Below are positions 47,701 to 60,200 of a DNA stretch of 64,000 nucleotides, in pieces. The stretch's first letter is position 1. Each line of letters starts with the position of its first letter. The notes under the pieces were generated by a model. That model saw only the letters and a list, made by a program, of their open reading frames with translations. It was not told the DNA's origin and did no database searches. The stretch covers positions 703,552-767,551 of the forward strand of contig BDGG01000011.1 in assembly GCA_001949185.1 (NCBI GenBank), in the 5' to 3' direction. This stretch comes from Ramazzottius varieornatus. Taxonomy: Eukaryota > Animalia > Tardigrada. Position numbers and translations under genes: made by a program.

Positions 47701-50700
47701 TGGGTTCATTTTGCTTCTCGACCTGACGACCCAGCAGGCCCAGGCTGCTTTCAACCACGCCAAGTAAGAAAGGAAGAAGGCATTTAACAAGAAATCATTA
47801 AAACCGCTCCACCAGAGCACCAAGTCTTGATGATCGACTTGTTTGGCCATTTTTCCATGATTTGTCTGCGATGATCTCAGAAAGGTTGGGTCCGGAAACG
47901 GCCCTGTTAATGACCACTGTAGAAGAAAGGCAGGTTGCAGTGGCCAGCTAATGACTGTAGCTCCGCAGCTTTGGTTTATTATATTTTGTTTCAACTCTTG
48001 TAGGTGCGTGCTGGAAAGCTTGGCCGTAAAGTCGCTGGGTAGCCGGTCACAAGAACGAGCTTGCATGATCGTAGCTATTCTACACATCGAAGAAGACGAG
48101 GTAGCAGAGAAGGTGCTAGAGGTACAGGAGCGGCTGATGGAAGAGGTGCAGCGTCTGTGTCAGGAGCGCAAAGTCCTCTTAGCTCTCTGTCACGTCCCCT
48201 CCGATGACAGCCATGGTTCATCCCTTCCCCTCCACACCTACACACCTTTGCTGCAGCTGTGCCAGCAGTATAAGCAGCGAGCGCTGATGGAGAACAGTTA
48301 CGACCGGGCATCCACAGCCACACTCAACAGCACCATTCCTTCCTTGTCCGACGAGGAAGCCGTCCTCATCAACAACCGTACGCACATCCAGTCAAGTTAC
48401 TCTGAGTGCGAAGTGCAAATTGTATGTGTGTGTTTGTGACAGGGCATTACAAGAGTCGGTCGCTGGATAAAAAGTCACCCCTTTCCACTATCAAGACTGA
48501 CGGCAGTCGCGCTTATCAACGTCACGGAGCTTTCGTCAATCAGGTCAACTCGGCCGAGAGCAGTGGCGGAGAGGAAAGCCCCACTTTCGGGACCTTCGGC
48601 TTGAAACCCTTGCTCAATGGACGAGCCAACACGACCGCCACCTCCTTTATCCACCTGAAGTAAGAGACCCAATGTTTCAACTGGGAGCTCCACACGACTG
48701 TTCTTCAAGTGGCGCGATTTTTCATTTGGGGTAACTGGGAGCATGCGCCACTTAGCAAACTCGATCAGATTGTTGTTTTGAGTGGCGCATTTTTGACATG
48801 CTATTGGCGGAAGAGTGCGCCACTTGGGAAAACGCTGTTGTACGATAAGTTGGCCGGCCTCTTATACTTCGTACTATGGTTTCGGCTGGGAAGAAAAGGT
48901 GTTCTGACGTGGGTTGGGATGTTCTGATCGGGGCGCATGTACCTTGAAGCGTAGGACAACCTTGAACTTTATAACTCATTTAGCCGCGCACAGTGCATTC
49001 CCAAAATAGCGGTGATCGACCTGACCTAGCTTGCCTGACTTGCGTCGCGCACTCTGCTTGTTGACTTTATGAATATCGCTCACGACATGGCTATGTACGG
49101 TACATGTACTGGGTATGTATGTGTGAATTGCTTGCTTACAGGAGTAGCAGTAGCTCTTCAGGAGAAACGTCAACAGCTCTGGCTCGCCTGACGCTCGACA
49201 GTTCCTTCGGTACTAGTAACGGCCACTTACGCGCCAGTCGCAGTTCCGAAGACATTCTCTCAACTGTCCAGCCAACAGCAGCCGGACCAACGCCGAGGCC
49301 TCGCCATCTGTCACCGGCACCACCGCCTGTCCCTCCCAGAGACCCGTCCACCGTCAACCACACTGGCAGCGTCCCTTCCGGTAAGCCCATTAGACCTTTG
49401 AGACCTTTGTCGTGCGCTACTGCTTTGTTTTCGGGTGGAACTTTCGTCGAAAGCGTTTCCTCGAAGACGGTCAGGGCATCTAGATTCCGGGCCAATGTAG
49501 TACGTTAGCACAGGCAATAGTATCACAGTGTAGTGCTGGGCAATCAGGCTTAATTATTGCAACAAAGAAGTGAGAAGAAATTCTCCGTAGGGCCAGTGTC
49601 CACTTTTCTACATAATTCTTCCGATTTTACTCGTGGGAGGGTTCGCGTGAACTGTTTCCAGGCTGCTTCTAAACTTTCTGCGCGTCTAAAGTAGTTTACG
49701 GTTTACGATTCTGGTACCTGAAGCCTGTAACAGGAACAGGTGATTGGTAATGGGTTCTCTGAACGCTAACTGAAGTATCGCATGGTATGCAGATATCGGT
49801 GGTTACACGCCCGCGACACTCTCAAATGCTGGCTCTTGGAGTAGCGTTGTGTCGGTCGTTGAGTCGGCGGGTCAGCCGTCGCTCGCTCTCGGCCTTGAAA
49901 GATCAGCCACGGCGTCTCGACCATCAACGGGTCTTCGCGTACCCGAGCATGCGCCCCGCCAAGCCTTTTCACGCTCCTCCTCGGCTATGGAGATGAGCAG
50001 TCCTCCCCTTCCTTCCTCGCCTGCTCTACCTACCAAACGTCCTGTCCATCCTTTCATTCGCGGCCTAACTCTGGGTTGGTACTCTTTCTTTCTGCTCCTT
50101 GCATGTCTGCGTGCTTCTTCGTGGCTGTGAAAAGGGAAACTCGACAATGAACTCGACCAAATCGGTTTTTTGCAAGTGACGCACACGCCCAGCCAATAAC
50201 TTTTAGAACGTGCGGCATTTGAGAAAGCGAAACTCGGCCTGATCGGTTTTCCAAGTGGCGCATGTCTAAGTGTTATCGGCTGGAAGCGTGCGCCGCATGG
50301 GAAGATCATCTTGACGGGTTCTCCGAGTGGCGCACGCTTTCAGCTACTAACAGTGGAAAGGTGCGGCACTTGGGAAGACAATCTTGTCGAGGTTGTTTAC
50401 CGAGCTGCCCATTCAATATTCAGTACAGTCTGACACTTTCGTACTGTGCCGCTATATCGGGTTTCTCGTTAACGCTGCTTATCATATTCTTGTCGCTGTT
50501 TGTGTGTTTGCATGCGAGGTTCGTTATCACCGGTGCTTTATTTTCTCACCGTGTTGAATTTCGCCTCTCGTAATCGACAATCATGTGGTCATGAATGATT
50601 GTTCTGTCTTTTCACTCCGGACTAGGGTCTTTGCACAACCATAATTCCGTTGTATTACTTGCGGCGATCTACGTATTGTTTTCAGCCAGTGACATCCTAT

Positions 50701-53525
50701 ACTAATTTCACCGTAACTTCACTTTATGTTTTTTTGTTCTATTCCACATGGTTTGTCCCGTTGAATTTCTCAATGGTAATTTCTATTTGAAATATACATA
50801 GCAAGGCAAGACGTCGTAATGGCAATTCTCTTGCAGCTTGGCAAGCTCGATCAACGGAAGAAACTTCCTTCGGACCATCCAACATGCTGTCGTCCGTCAG
50901 CAGTCCCCGCGGTACTTCCGCTCTCAGCGACAAGTCTTCGGCTAACCGTCTCGTTGGTCGGTTGACTAGCGGTGGACGGTACACGGCCTTCATCGATCAG
51001 CTGAACGCCAACATTCACGCCGCCACTCGCGGGACTTCGCAATCCTCTCCGGCGCCATCGCCCACCGCTCCCTTGGCCTTGCCTGAACTGACGGAAGATC
51101 GGGTCGACGCTGATGGCGGTTCAGCACCTTCTTCGCAGGCCTGGTCGGCCTCGTGGCAAGAAGTGACGGATCGACACTTCTTGGGTGGACTGAAGAAGAA
51201 GAACAAGGAGCTCAAGCCGCCAGACCGCAGCGCTTTCCGAAGAATAGTAGCGCCCAAGCTGACTTCGGATAACATTCAGCACTGTCACAGCTTCTCCCAC
51301 GACACTGATGTCCTCTCTCCAACAGGTAATGTAACCATACTTTTGCTTCGGCTATGCTACTGCGCGCTTTCGACGCTTCATTTGAGTCTCGACAAGATCT
51401 TTTTTCCAAGTGGCGTAAGCTTACCGCCAATAACACTGGCAAGATGCGCCAGTTGGAATAACATTATCATCGAGTTTTCCAAGTGGCGCACGGACCCAGT
51501 TAATAACACTGGAAACATGCGCTGCTTAGGGAAACAGTTCAATCGAGTTCGTTCGCAGATCTTCCATTAAAAACTCACATTTCTTTTGACTTTTCCTTAA
51601 CAGCTGAAACGGTTCGCTATCCTACGCGAGCTTCGTTGCCTGACGAGTCGCACTCGCGGGACAACTCGTACAGTAAAGGCCCGAAAAGTGGCCATGCGCT
51701 CAGCCTGCTGCAATCACCGCTTGATGACAATGTGTTCTTTCCAGCGCCTCCTGCTGCTGCTGCTTGTGAGTAGTGCTCGATAGCTATTTTCATTTCATTT
51801 GCGCCATTTTATGACTATTATTTTCCTATTATGTTGGCTTTGCCCTTGAGCTTGTAATTTGGCTCGGCTGTCTTGCATATTAAACTGCCACTCATTGGTC
51901 TGTTCCTTTACTTCAGCCGGTAACGAGGACAACATGAAGAACGGCAGTAAAATCAACGTAAGTATCTTGTTCTTGTTGTCACTTTTGATAGTTTGATCAA
52001 CCAGTATTTTCCCTGTTACGTAGAAATCCGTCAAACCGAAACGTGAGAAGGAGAACAAGTCTTCCCTGAAGAAATCCAAAGAAGTACAAACAGAAATGGT
52101 GATGATTTTCTCGTTACAGTACGTGCAACCATTGCTTGTTGTCCTTGTAGAAGAAGAAAAAGGTAGAGCGAACCTTTGAGTCCTTTGCCCAATCGCCCGA
52201 TAATCCCGTGCCACTCTTTGTGGAACTTTGCACCAAGTTCATCGAAGCGAAAGGTGAGAAAAAATTTTCTTTATTACTTTTGATGGTAATCAAAGCGCAC
52301 TCGACTTCAGGTATCGAGACAGAAGGTATTTACCGGGTATCGGGTAGTCGCGTCCACGCCGATGGCTTGCTGGCCAAGTTCTTGAGCAACCCAACAGCCT
52401 CTCTAGACCTGGCTGCAATGGATATTCCCATCTACAATGTCACGACGGCCCTCAAGACTTTCCTGACTGACCACCTTCCACCATTAATTCCACAGTCCGT
52501 TGTTGACGAACTGCACGGCCTAGCCTGTAAGTATACACGTCCTGCACCAGTTTTGGGAGTGATTTATAACCTCGGAAAGATCGTTTACTCAAGTGGCGCA
52601 CAGTCGTAGCATAATTGGCTGATCTGGTGCGCCATTTGGAATGTCGACAAGTTTGTTCTCCTAGGTGGCGCACGTTTCAGTGGCCGTGAGCGTGCGCCAC
52701 TTGGCGTAACGATACTTATGTGTTCGCCCTTTTTCTACGCAGTACTCCGTACCAGTCGAGGCCGTGCTCGACACGCACTTGACGTGGTGTTCTAGCAAAA
52801 TGGCAGAACTGACTCCGCAATCAGAAAAAATCAGCACGATTGCTACCAACCATCGAAAGCTCGTTGCTTAATGTAGTCTTACCTGTTTCCCTTCTCCAGT
52901 TACCACCGACAAGGCTCAGCGCATCCACATGGTCAAATGCGCCCTTGCCCACCTTAGCGTTCCACACTTCCAGTGCCTCAAATACATCTTTGCTCACCTG
53001 CAACGGTAAGAAAGACTTACCTTTCTGCACAGCAGCTTTGCTTATACTTGTGAGCATGTTGTTGGCAGGATAGCACAGCACAGTAGGCAGAACAAGATGG
53101 ACGTTCACAACCTGACAGTGTGCCTCTGGCCGACCCTCTGTCCCATCGAGCTCCCTCAAGACATGGCCGGCTTCGAAGGTATCCGCATGGAAGTCTCGGA
53201 AGTCCTCTCCACCATCATCAGCGAACACGACCGTATCTTCTTTCCGTCCCACGCATTCTCTCCCACTTCGACCCTCGAACGCAGCGGTCCCCAGCTGAGC
53301 ACGGCCTTGGCTCAGGAAGCCGCGCAAGCAGTCCGCCAACGGTCCGTCGCTCGCATTCAGCCCAAGGCTGTGCCCGACACGGCCTCGTCAGAGTCCAGCA
53401 CTTCCTCCACGCCCCACCTTGGCATACCCGCCATGCTGCACGCTTCGTCAGCTTCACTACCGGGCCCCTCCTCTTCAGCCACCAGAGATGCTCTCCAATC
53501 TAGTCTCAAAAGCATGCAAGTTTGA
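41745..53525 (+). CDS. RhoGAPp190: p190 RhoGAP (ARHGAP35/ARHGAP5 orthologue): N-terminal GTPase-like domain, FF region, pseudoGTPase middle, RhoGAP domain
   Basis: FNIAVVG...GKSCLCARFLRPAEDDY..EHVSVLS.ADF...INN|DHFLYWG; KKPVVLAATKVD; LVETSAHRNVNVDAAF; GAP domain VPLFVELCTKFIE..GIETEGIYRVSG (Arg finger) ... NKMDVHNLTVCLWPTL. Confidence 0.93.
42924..43020. repeat. Monomeric (single-hairpin, MITE-like) copy of the palindromic family
   Basis: AACTCGACAAGATCGTTTTCCAAGCGGCGCACG...CGTGCGCCAC...TCTTGTCGAGTT: the whole element is an imperfect inverted repeat. Confidence 0.88.
50150..50410. repeat. Three-unit palindromic array with mixed internal orientations, in a p190 intron
   Basis: Loops read CAGCCAATAAC, GTTATCGGCTG (reverse) and CAGCTACTAAC. 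Confidence 0.88.
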
Positions 53526-53729
53526 TCCGCAAACGATTTCCGTTTTTATTCCTACAGCATTTCTCTTTTTAGTCTTTTATCTGTACAAACCCTTTCTACG
53601 TGGTTTTTGTACGGTACCGACCGAAGTTCAGACTATTCCACTTTCTGATTTTTATCTTTTTACGACTGACTATTCAGTTTCTTTTTTCACGAGCTTTCAC
53701 TACAAAGACAGTAGAGTTACGATATTCTA

Positions 53730-53940
53730 GCAGATCGTTTTTCACAGTGGCGCACGCGTCCCTCCGAAAACCTGCGCCACTTGGGAAAATAGTCCTGTTG
53801 AGTGTTGCAAGTGGTGCTCGATTCCAGCTATCACCACTCACAGTTTGCGCCACTTGGGAAGACAGTCTTGTCGAGTGTTTTCAGTGGCGCACGTTTCCAG
53901 TTAGTATCAATGGAAGCGTGCGCCACTTGGGAGATCAAGC
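53730..53940. repeat. Three-unit palindromic array between the convergent p190RhoGAP and RhoGEF2 3' ends
   Basis: Three arm pairs; the first loop is shortened. Confidence 0.85.
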
Positions 53941-54280
53941 TGATTCATTTCAGTAGACGGACAAAGTGACAAACTATGTCCATCGAATCAAAAGGAAGAG
54001 GCAGGGAATGAAGTTGAGAAAGAAGCTGAGACACAAAATGGAGAGAGAAAGAGAGAGATTGCTGGCTAGATCGCAAAAAGGCTTTGTCGGGTAAAAGGAT
54101 TTCCTTGCAGATCAGTCATAAAGCACAAACCATCGCTTCCCACCCAGCTGAGACTGGAAGTCAACTGCTGGCGAGAAACACTAGATGAAAACAGGAATAA
54201 TAATGGTCGTTTGACTCTTTCGCTTCGTATGTACAGATAAAACATAATTTTCAGGCACCCAGTGTCACAGGAGAAACCTA

Positions 54281-57200
54281 CTACAAGTGCTGGACTTGTT
54301 CCAGCGGACTGACATTGCCCACAACGTTCTCCGCCACTTCCTCCTTGCCTTCGGGTTCTTTAGGCGCATCTGCTTTCACACTGACCACCACTTCGTCACC
54401 GTCAAGGGGAACAGGTGTTGGCTGACTTACCACTTCCACTTGTTCCTCTTGGGTCATTTCTTCTTCCAGAGTGGAGCCGGAGGAGGTTGGGCGAGTGGTG
54501 GTATCTTCGTTGGACGAGGCTCGCGTTTCGGCCCGAAGCGAATCCAGCTCGTCCTTGGTCACTCGCAGCTGCCAGGATAGGCGGTCCTTCTCGTGCTCCT
54601 GTTCAGCCACCATGCGAAGAAGGGTGGTCAGTTGTCGGTGGAGGTGTCCAACGACGGGCTGCAGATCCTCGGCGGCGATCAGTGGGCGCTGACTGTGCGT
54701 TTGCACAGCCGAGTCCACTGTCGACGAGGACGTTGAAGGAGCATGGTCGACCTGGTCGATGGTGGTCGTGACCGAGAAGCTGTCCAGGCGTTGCCGTTGA
54801 ACGATCAATTCTTCTTCCTGGCTGACCGTCAGCGAGTCTTTGACTAGCCTGGTCAGCTGGGCGATGTTCTGCATCAGATGATGCATGACGCTCTTGACGC
54901 TTCGCCGACTCTGCTGTACTGCTTCCACTTCTTCGTCTTCATCGTCCAGGTTAGACGACGGACTGTCGACGGGGAAACCTAAAATACGAGAGACTAACCT
55001 GGACTTTTGTTCCAGTGCTTCTTCGAGCATGTCATCTCGACGCTTCAGCTCCTGCATGGGAGAGAAAATTAAGTGGGCGTCATCCATGACACAGGTGGCT
55101 TCTGTGACGATGATGTCGGCTGGTGTTAACAGCTGTACTTCCTCTTCCTCATCATCTTCATCGTCTTCAACGTCGCTAGGCTCTCTTTCTGTCCATGGAT
55201 GCTGCGGTCGAAGCCCACTTAAAGGGTCCAGGGCACCACCCTGTAGCATAACCTGAGGGTCCAAGGCACCGGACTGCGTGAAGCTCAAAGGGTCCACAGC
55301 ACCAGGCTTGCCGCCACCAACCGCGAGATCCAGGGGTGGAGCTAACTGCCCAGGGACAGCCAGCACGGATCCGACGGTGGAGGGAGTGGCCGTTACCGGG
55401 ATGACTTCCGGTATGGATTCGTAGCAGTTGGTGTTGCGGCTGACAGCGGCCAGGATGTAGCGCTTCCACAAATTCTTTTCGGTGGTGGAGTTGGCCACCA
55501 GCTCGTACATTTGAGCACCGTTGTCGGTGGAGAGAAAGAGGAAGAAGGCTTTGGGATCGGTGGCCACGTCGCGGACCGACAGGCCGTCCAGTGTCAGGAC
55601 AGGTGCCCAAGAACGGCTGGTGAAGCTCTCGCTGCGCTTGTTCTCGTTGATGCCAGCTACAGGGGGAGTGTGGAACTTGAGGAGAAGCTTGTCGTCTTGC
55701 TTGGTGACCAATAGCAGGATCTTGTTGAGAAGGATGACGTGTAGGTCGACCGTCTTGGTCTTGCTCAAGCGCCACGTCAGGTCGCCATCGTGCAGCAATC
55801 GGTATTGTGACAAGTCCAAACTCTGCAATAGGGTAATGATTAAAAATTTACCTCCAGTGTCATGTACCATGAAGAGAGTACGTATGATTTCGATTCACTG
55901 ATTGGTTTTCTTGACAGAGAAGGACGCAGCTGTGGGAAATTACTATTTCGACAAACGCTGGACAAATTGTGCCCTTTTTCTACGAAATAAAGTGAACGTC
56001 TCAAGGCCGTGCCCGGCGCAGACTTGATAAGTCTTGATCGTAGAAAAAGGGCAAACGTACGCAGCGCATAAACGAGCTCACGCCGACTGGGCCGAGGTGT
56101 TTCTTACCCTGTGGTCCAGAGCCAGTTTGTGTTGGGACTTGATGAAGGAAGTCATGTCGATGCGATCCTGCAGTTCTCGTAGACGGTTCTTGTTGTTTGT
56201 TTCGGAGATGGCTTGGTTGACGTAGTCCAAGGTCGTTCGACAAGCTGTCAGCGCGTCTTGAAGCCTCTGGTACTCAATCTTCTCTTCGTCCGTCTCATCT
56301 GAAGAAAAACACCTCGAATTTAGATCAAATTATTCCTATTTTTAAAACCACATTTCAGTCTTTTGAGAGCTCGGCCTTCAGATTCGATAAAATTGCTTTT
56401 CAAAGTGGCGCATGTCTGCGGTGTTACTGGCTAACACCGTGCGCCGCCTGGGAAAGCGATCCTGTCGAGCTTTCGATTGTCCAAGTCTCATTCGACAGTC
56501 TCATTCGACAGTCCCATTTGTTTCCACGTACTGGGGGTGTATTTGAGCAGGCTCTCCAACAAGAGCGGATACTTGGTGAGCCTCTGCATGCCGGTGGGAA
56601 TGATGTCTTTCAGCTGCAGTCGGCGACAAAGCGGGTTGGCCGCTGCTTCGTGCAGGAACTGAACCAGTCGGCCATTCTTGTGTTGACTATTCTTCAGGGC
56701 TTCCAGGCTGGCTGTTTGGTTGTGACAGAAGGCCGCGGCGGCAGTGCGGAAGGTGGAGCCGTTATCGCCGGCAAACCTGTTGAGCAGGATATCACCCACA
56801 CTGCCGATCAACCCTTGAGAACGCTTGAGGACTTTCATCTGACGATTCAGCTCGGAATGCAGCGTCGTCATCTCTTCCAGGTTGGCGAAGATCTGCGCGA
56901 TAAGCTCGTCGGGAAGGAGCTTCTCTTTTAGCATTGGCTGGTAGAAGACTTTACACAAAACCTGTCGAAAAAAAGAACGTCAAAAATATTCCGCAGCTGG
57001 GCGTACTAGCTAAAAAAGACTCCTCTCCCGAATTTGGGGTACGCTTTCGGGGAGCTGGTAGAATGCACGAGCCACTTAAAAAGCAACTTGTCAAGTTTGT
57101 CCGAGTGGCGCATAAACTCGAAGCTAGTAGCTAGAAACGTGCGCCACTTGGAATATCCGACAAGATTTTCCTCCCAAGTGGCGCCCATGTTCGAAGTTAC

Positions 57201-60200
57201 TGGCTGCAAGTATGCGCCACTTGGAGGAACAATCCTGTCGAATTTCTCCAAGAGCTACCATGTCGAGTTGGGCTGGAGTCGAGAAGAGAACCATACCTTT
57301 AGATTGCGAACATGGGTTTGTTCAGTGTGAAAGAGTTCAGCCAGAACTTCTTGGCGCTTCTTCTGTTGGGAAGTCAACCCCTGAACGGTGGCCGGTTCGA
57401 CGGAAGCTTGCCAAGAGGGAATGTGTTCCGGATCAGCTTCAAAGTCTGAATCGTCATCAGCAATGTCCATGGTGAAATGCAGGCTTCCGCTGTGGCTGGT
57501 GGACTGTGACAGCGACGACGAAGACATACCGATACCTGCAAGCACCCAATGTCCACATGACAGCGAAGTTCATGCACAGTTTTTACCGGACATACCTAGG
57601 TCGCCGCTGCTAGTTTCTCCGTTATCGTTACTTTCGCCGGAGCGATGGAAGTGTGCCGGGTCGGATTTCTTCCTGACACCGGCTCCTTTGGCCAAGTTGC
57701 TCTTGCGGTTGTGCGTCGACTTGAGTGATTCCGAGCGGCCAACGACGGTCAGTGGAGGCGCTTTAGACTGTTGGGCGGAAGTCGTAGCGGGATCTGGTGG
57801 TGGACCCATCTCGCCCACTTTGCCCGACTCGAACTGGTGGACCACCTTGTTGACGTACGAACCGACAGGTGCGTGACTTCCTTCCAGCTGTTCCGTCGAA
57901 CCCAGATGATCAGCTTTGTCGTCCTCTTCCTTCTCGTCGTGAGACTTTCGGGCATTCGATACTGCAAACGAACAAGATGGCGTTGACTACTTTGAGACCA
58001 GTGTCCTTTTCGGGCATGAAGAAAACGTCGAAAGAAAGACTGGGCACACCGGGGGCAAGACTCTTTTCCCAAGTGGCGCGTGCATAAACCCGAAAACACT
58101 GCAGCAGTGCGCCACTGGAAAAGCATCTTCGCGAACTTGATTTTCCAAGGGGCGCACGTCTTCAGTCTTATTGCCTGATAACGTGCGCCACTTGGCAAGA
58201 AAGATCTCGTCGAGTAGATGCTTGCCTAAGGTCCCCAAAGTCAAATAGATCATGATTGTACTAGCGAGGATTTGCATATCAATGAGAGGAAAGAGACATC
58301 AAGTCAAGTGGTGGTAAGACTTACTGGCAGTTGGGCTGTTGTTTGAGCGTTTGCGGCCAAAGAGGCCGAAAGAGTCCATAGAGATGAAGGAGCGTCGTAG
58401 TTCCTTCTTGTCTCCCACACAAGCCTCCTCAATGTTCTTCACACAAGCCCGGTGAGCCGTGTACTCACAGGCTATACACTGGTAACCTTGAGGAGCCACT
58501 CCCCACATGACATCGCCACATTGCGTGCAGTGGAGGATGGTTGTCGACAACGCCACCGCTGCAAACTGATGTCCGCTCACCGTGATGTTCTTCTTCCGAT
58601 CCTTCAGCTTGAACCTATAAAAAACCACAGATGCGCCGACATTTCCTCGAAGGACAGAAGACCTGATAAATTCTGCACGCTGTTCTGTTTTGAAGCTCGG
58701 CGAAGAAACTCGACAAGACTGTCTTTCCAAAGTGGCGCACACCTTCAGCCAACAACACCGAAGACGTGCGTCGCTTGGGAAAACGTCCTAACCAAGTCAG
58801 ATACGCCAACACAGAACAAAATTCTTCGAGACCACCTACACACAATTCCGTTCAGTCTGGCGACATGATTTTCTAAAACTAATTCAGGTTCAAATCAAGG
58901 CATCAAAAGTGGAAACGGCAAAATTCCGACCTGTATCCAACCTTTTTTCAAAGTGCACGTTGAACCGCAATGGAAGGCAAAGCTCAAAAATTCTAGGCTG
59001 TCGGTCACTGGCAAAATGGCATCGGATGCGCACTAATAAACTTTGCGACAGATATCTTCTGTACAAGCACGTTCTGCGTACTCTAGGGGAGAAACGTGTT
59101 TACAACGGTGCAAATTATGATGGAAGAGACCGCTCGATGCTGTCGGGTGCCGGCGGCGAAGAAGCGCGGCGATCATTTGACACTACGAGAGTGTTATACG
59201 AGACGGCTTACTCAGTCAAGCATAGCTTGGGACATTCTTGGCAAGCCACATCCCAAAATCTCGTACACAAGTTCACTGCACCAGAAATCAGCCCGCAGGA
59301 ATAATTAACACTGTCGGCCTTGTCAACTCCTCAGCACAACTAATACCGCCATCACATCCCGCGGGATTTGCTCTAAAGTAAGCCCACTTGATTCATGAAT
59401 AGAAAGCCCTTGAAGGAGGCGGGAAGCTTGCGTGTCTAATAGCCGCGTTATAAAAGGACGGACAAAAAACACTCAACATGTACTCTGATGAAACTTTGAT
59501 TGCAAAGCCATTATTATCGAAATACTTCTAGGAAGACACGCCACCCCTTCCATACGTCACACACGGACAACGTTCGGTAGTTTAAGATTCCACATAGCCT
59601 CTCAAGTTTCTTGCTCGAGTACTTCCTTACTTTTTGCTCTGCTTTTCGCTATACGAGTTTGAGCTTTCTGGACTTTTTGTGGAGAGAAAGTAGACTTACT
59701 TGGACTTGTCTTTTTGGAGAAGCAAGGGCCACTTGTCGACCAAGTAGGTCCCATCAGCTCTAGAGACGGCCTTAATGCCGTTGAATTTAAGAAAGGTAGC
59801 CAAGGCACACGCCAGCGCCGCCTCTCGGTCACAGCGATTCTCCGGCTCTTCTGGCGCTTTCATATCCGTCAAAGCTTCCAAGTGTGGTGCCAACAAGGTC
59901 TCTGCCACTTCTCGGGACTGGTCGGCAGAGTTGACTGCTTTGGCCAGCTCCGCTTCACTCGGTCCATACAGTCCTACACAACAAGCCTCGCTGGAAACTG
60001 AATAGAACAAGACCGCTTTTCCAAGTGGCGCACGCTTCCGGCTAGTAACGCTGGCAGCATGCGCCACTTGAAAGAAGGAAACTCGGCAAGATGGTTACTT
60101 CAAAGTGGCGCATGTTGTCAGCCAGTAACACAGGGACCTTGCGCCAGTTGGGAAAACGATCTTGTCGGGTTTCTTTGCCGAGCTCTAAACTGATGTGAAA

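Noticed and set aside
56484-56513. 13-bp tandem duplication AGTCTCATTCGAC
   Set aside because: Intronic slippage-type duplication with no evidence of being a target-site duplication or functional.
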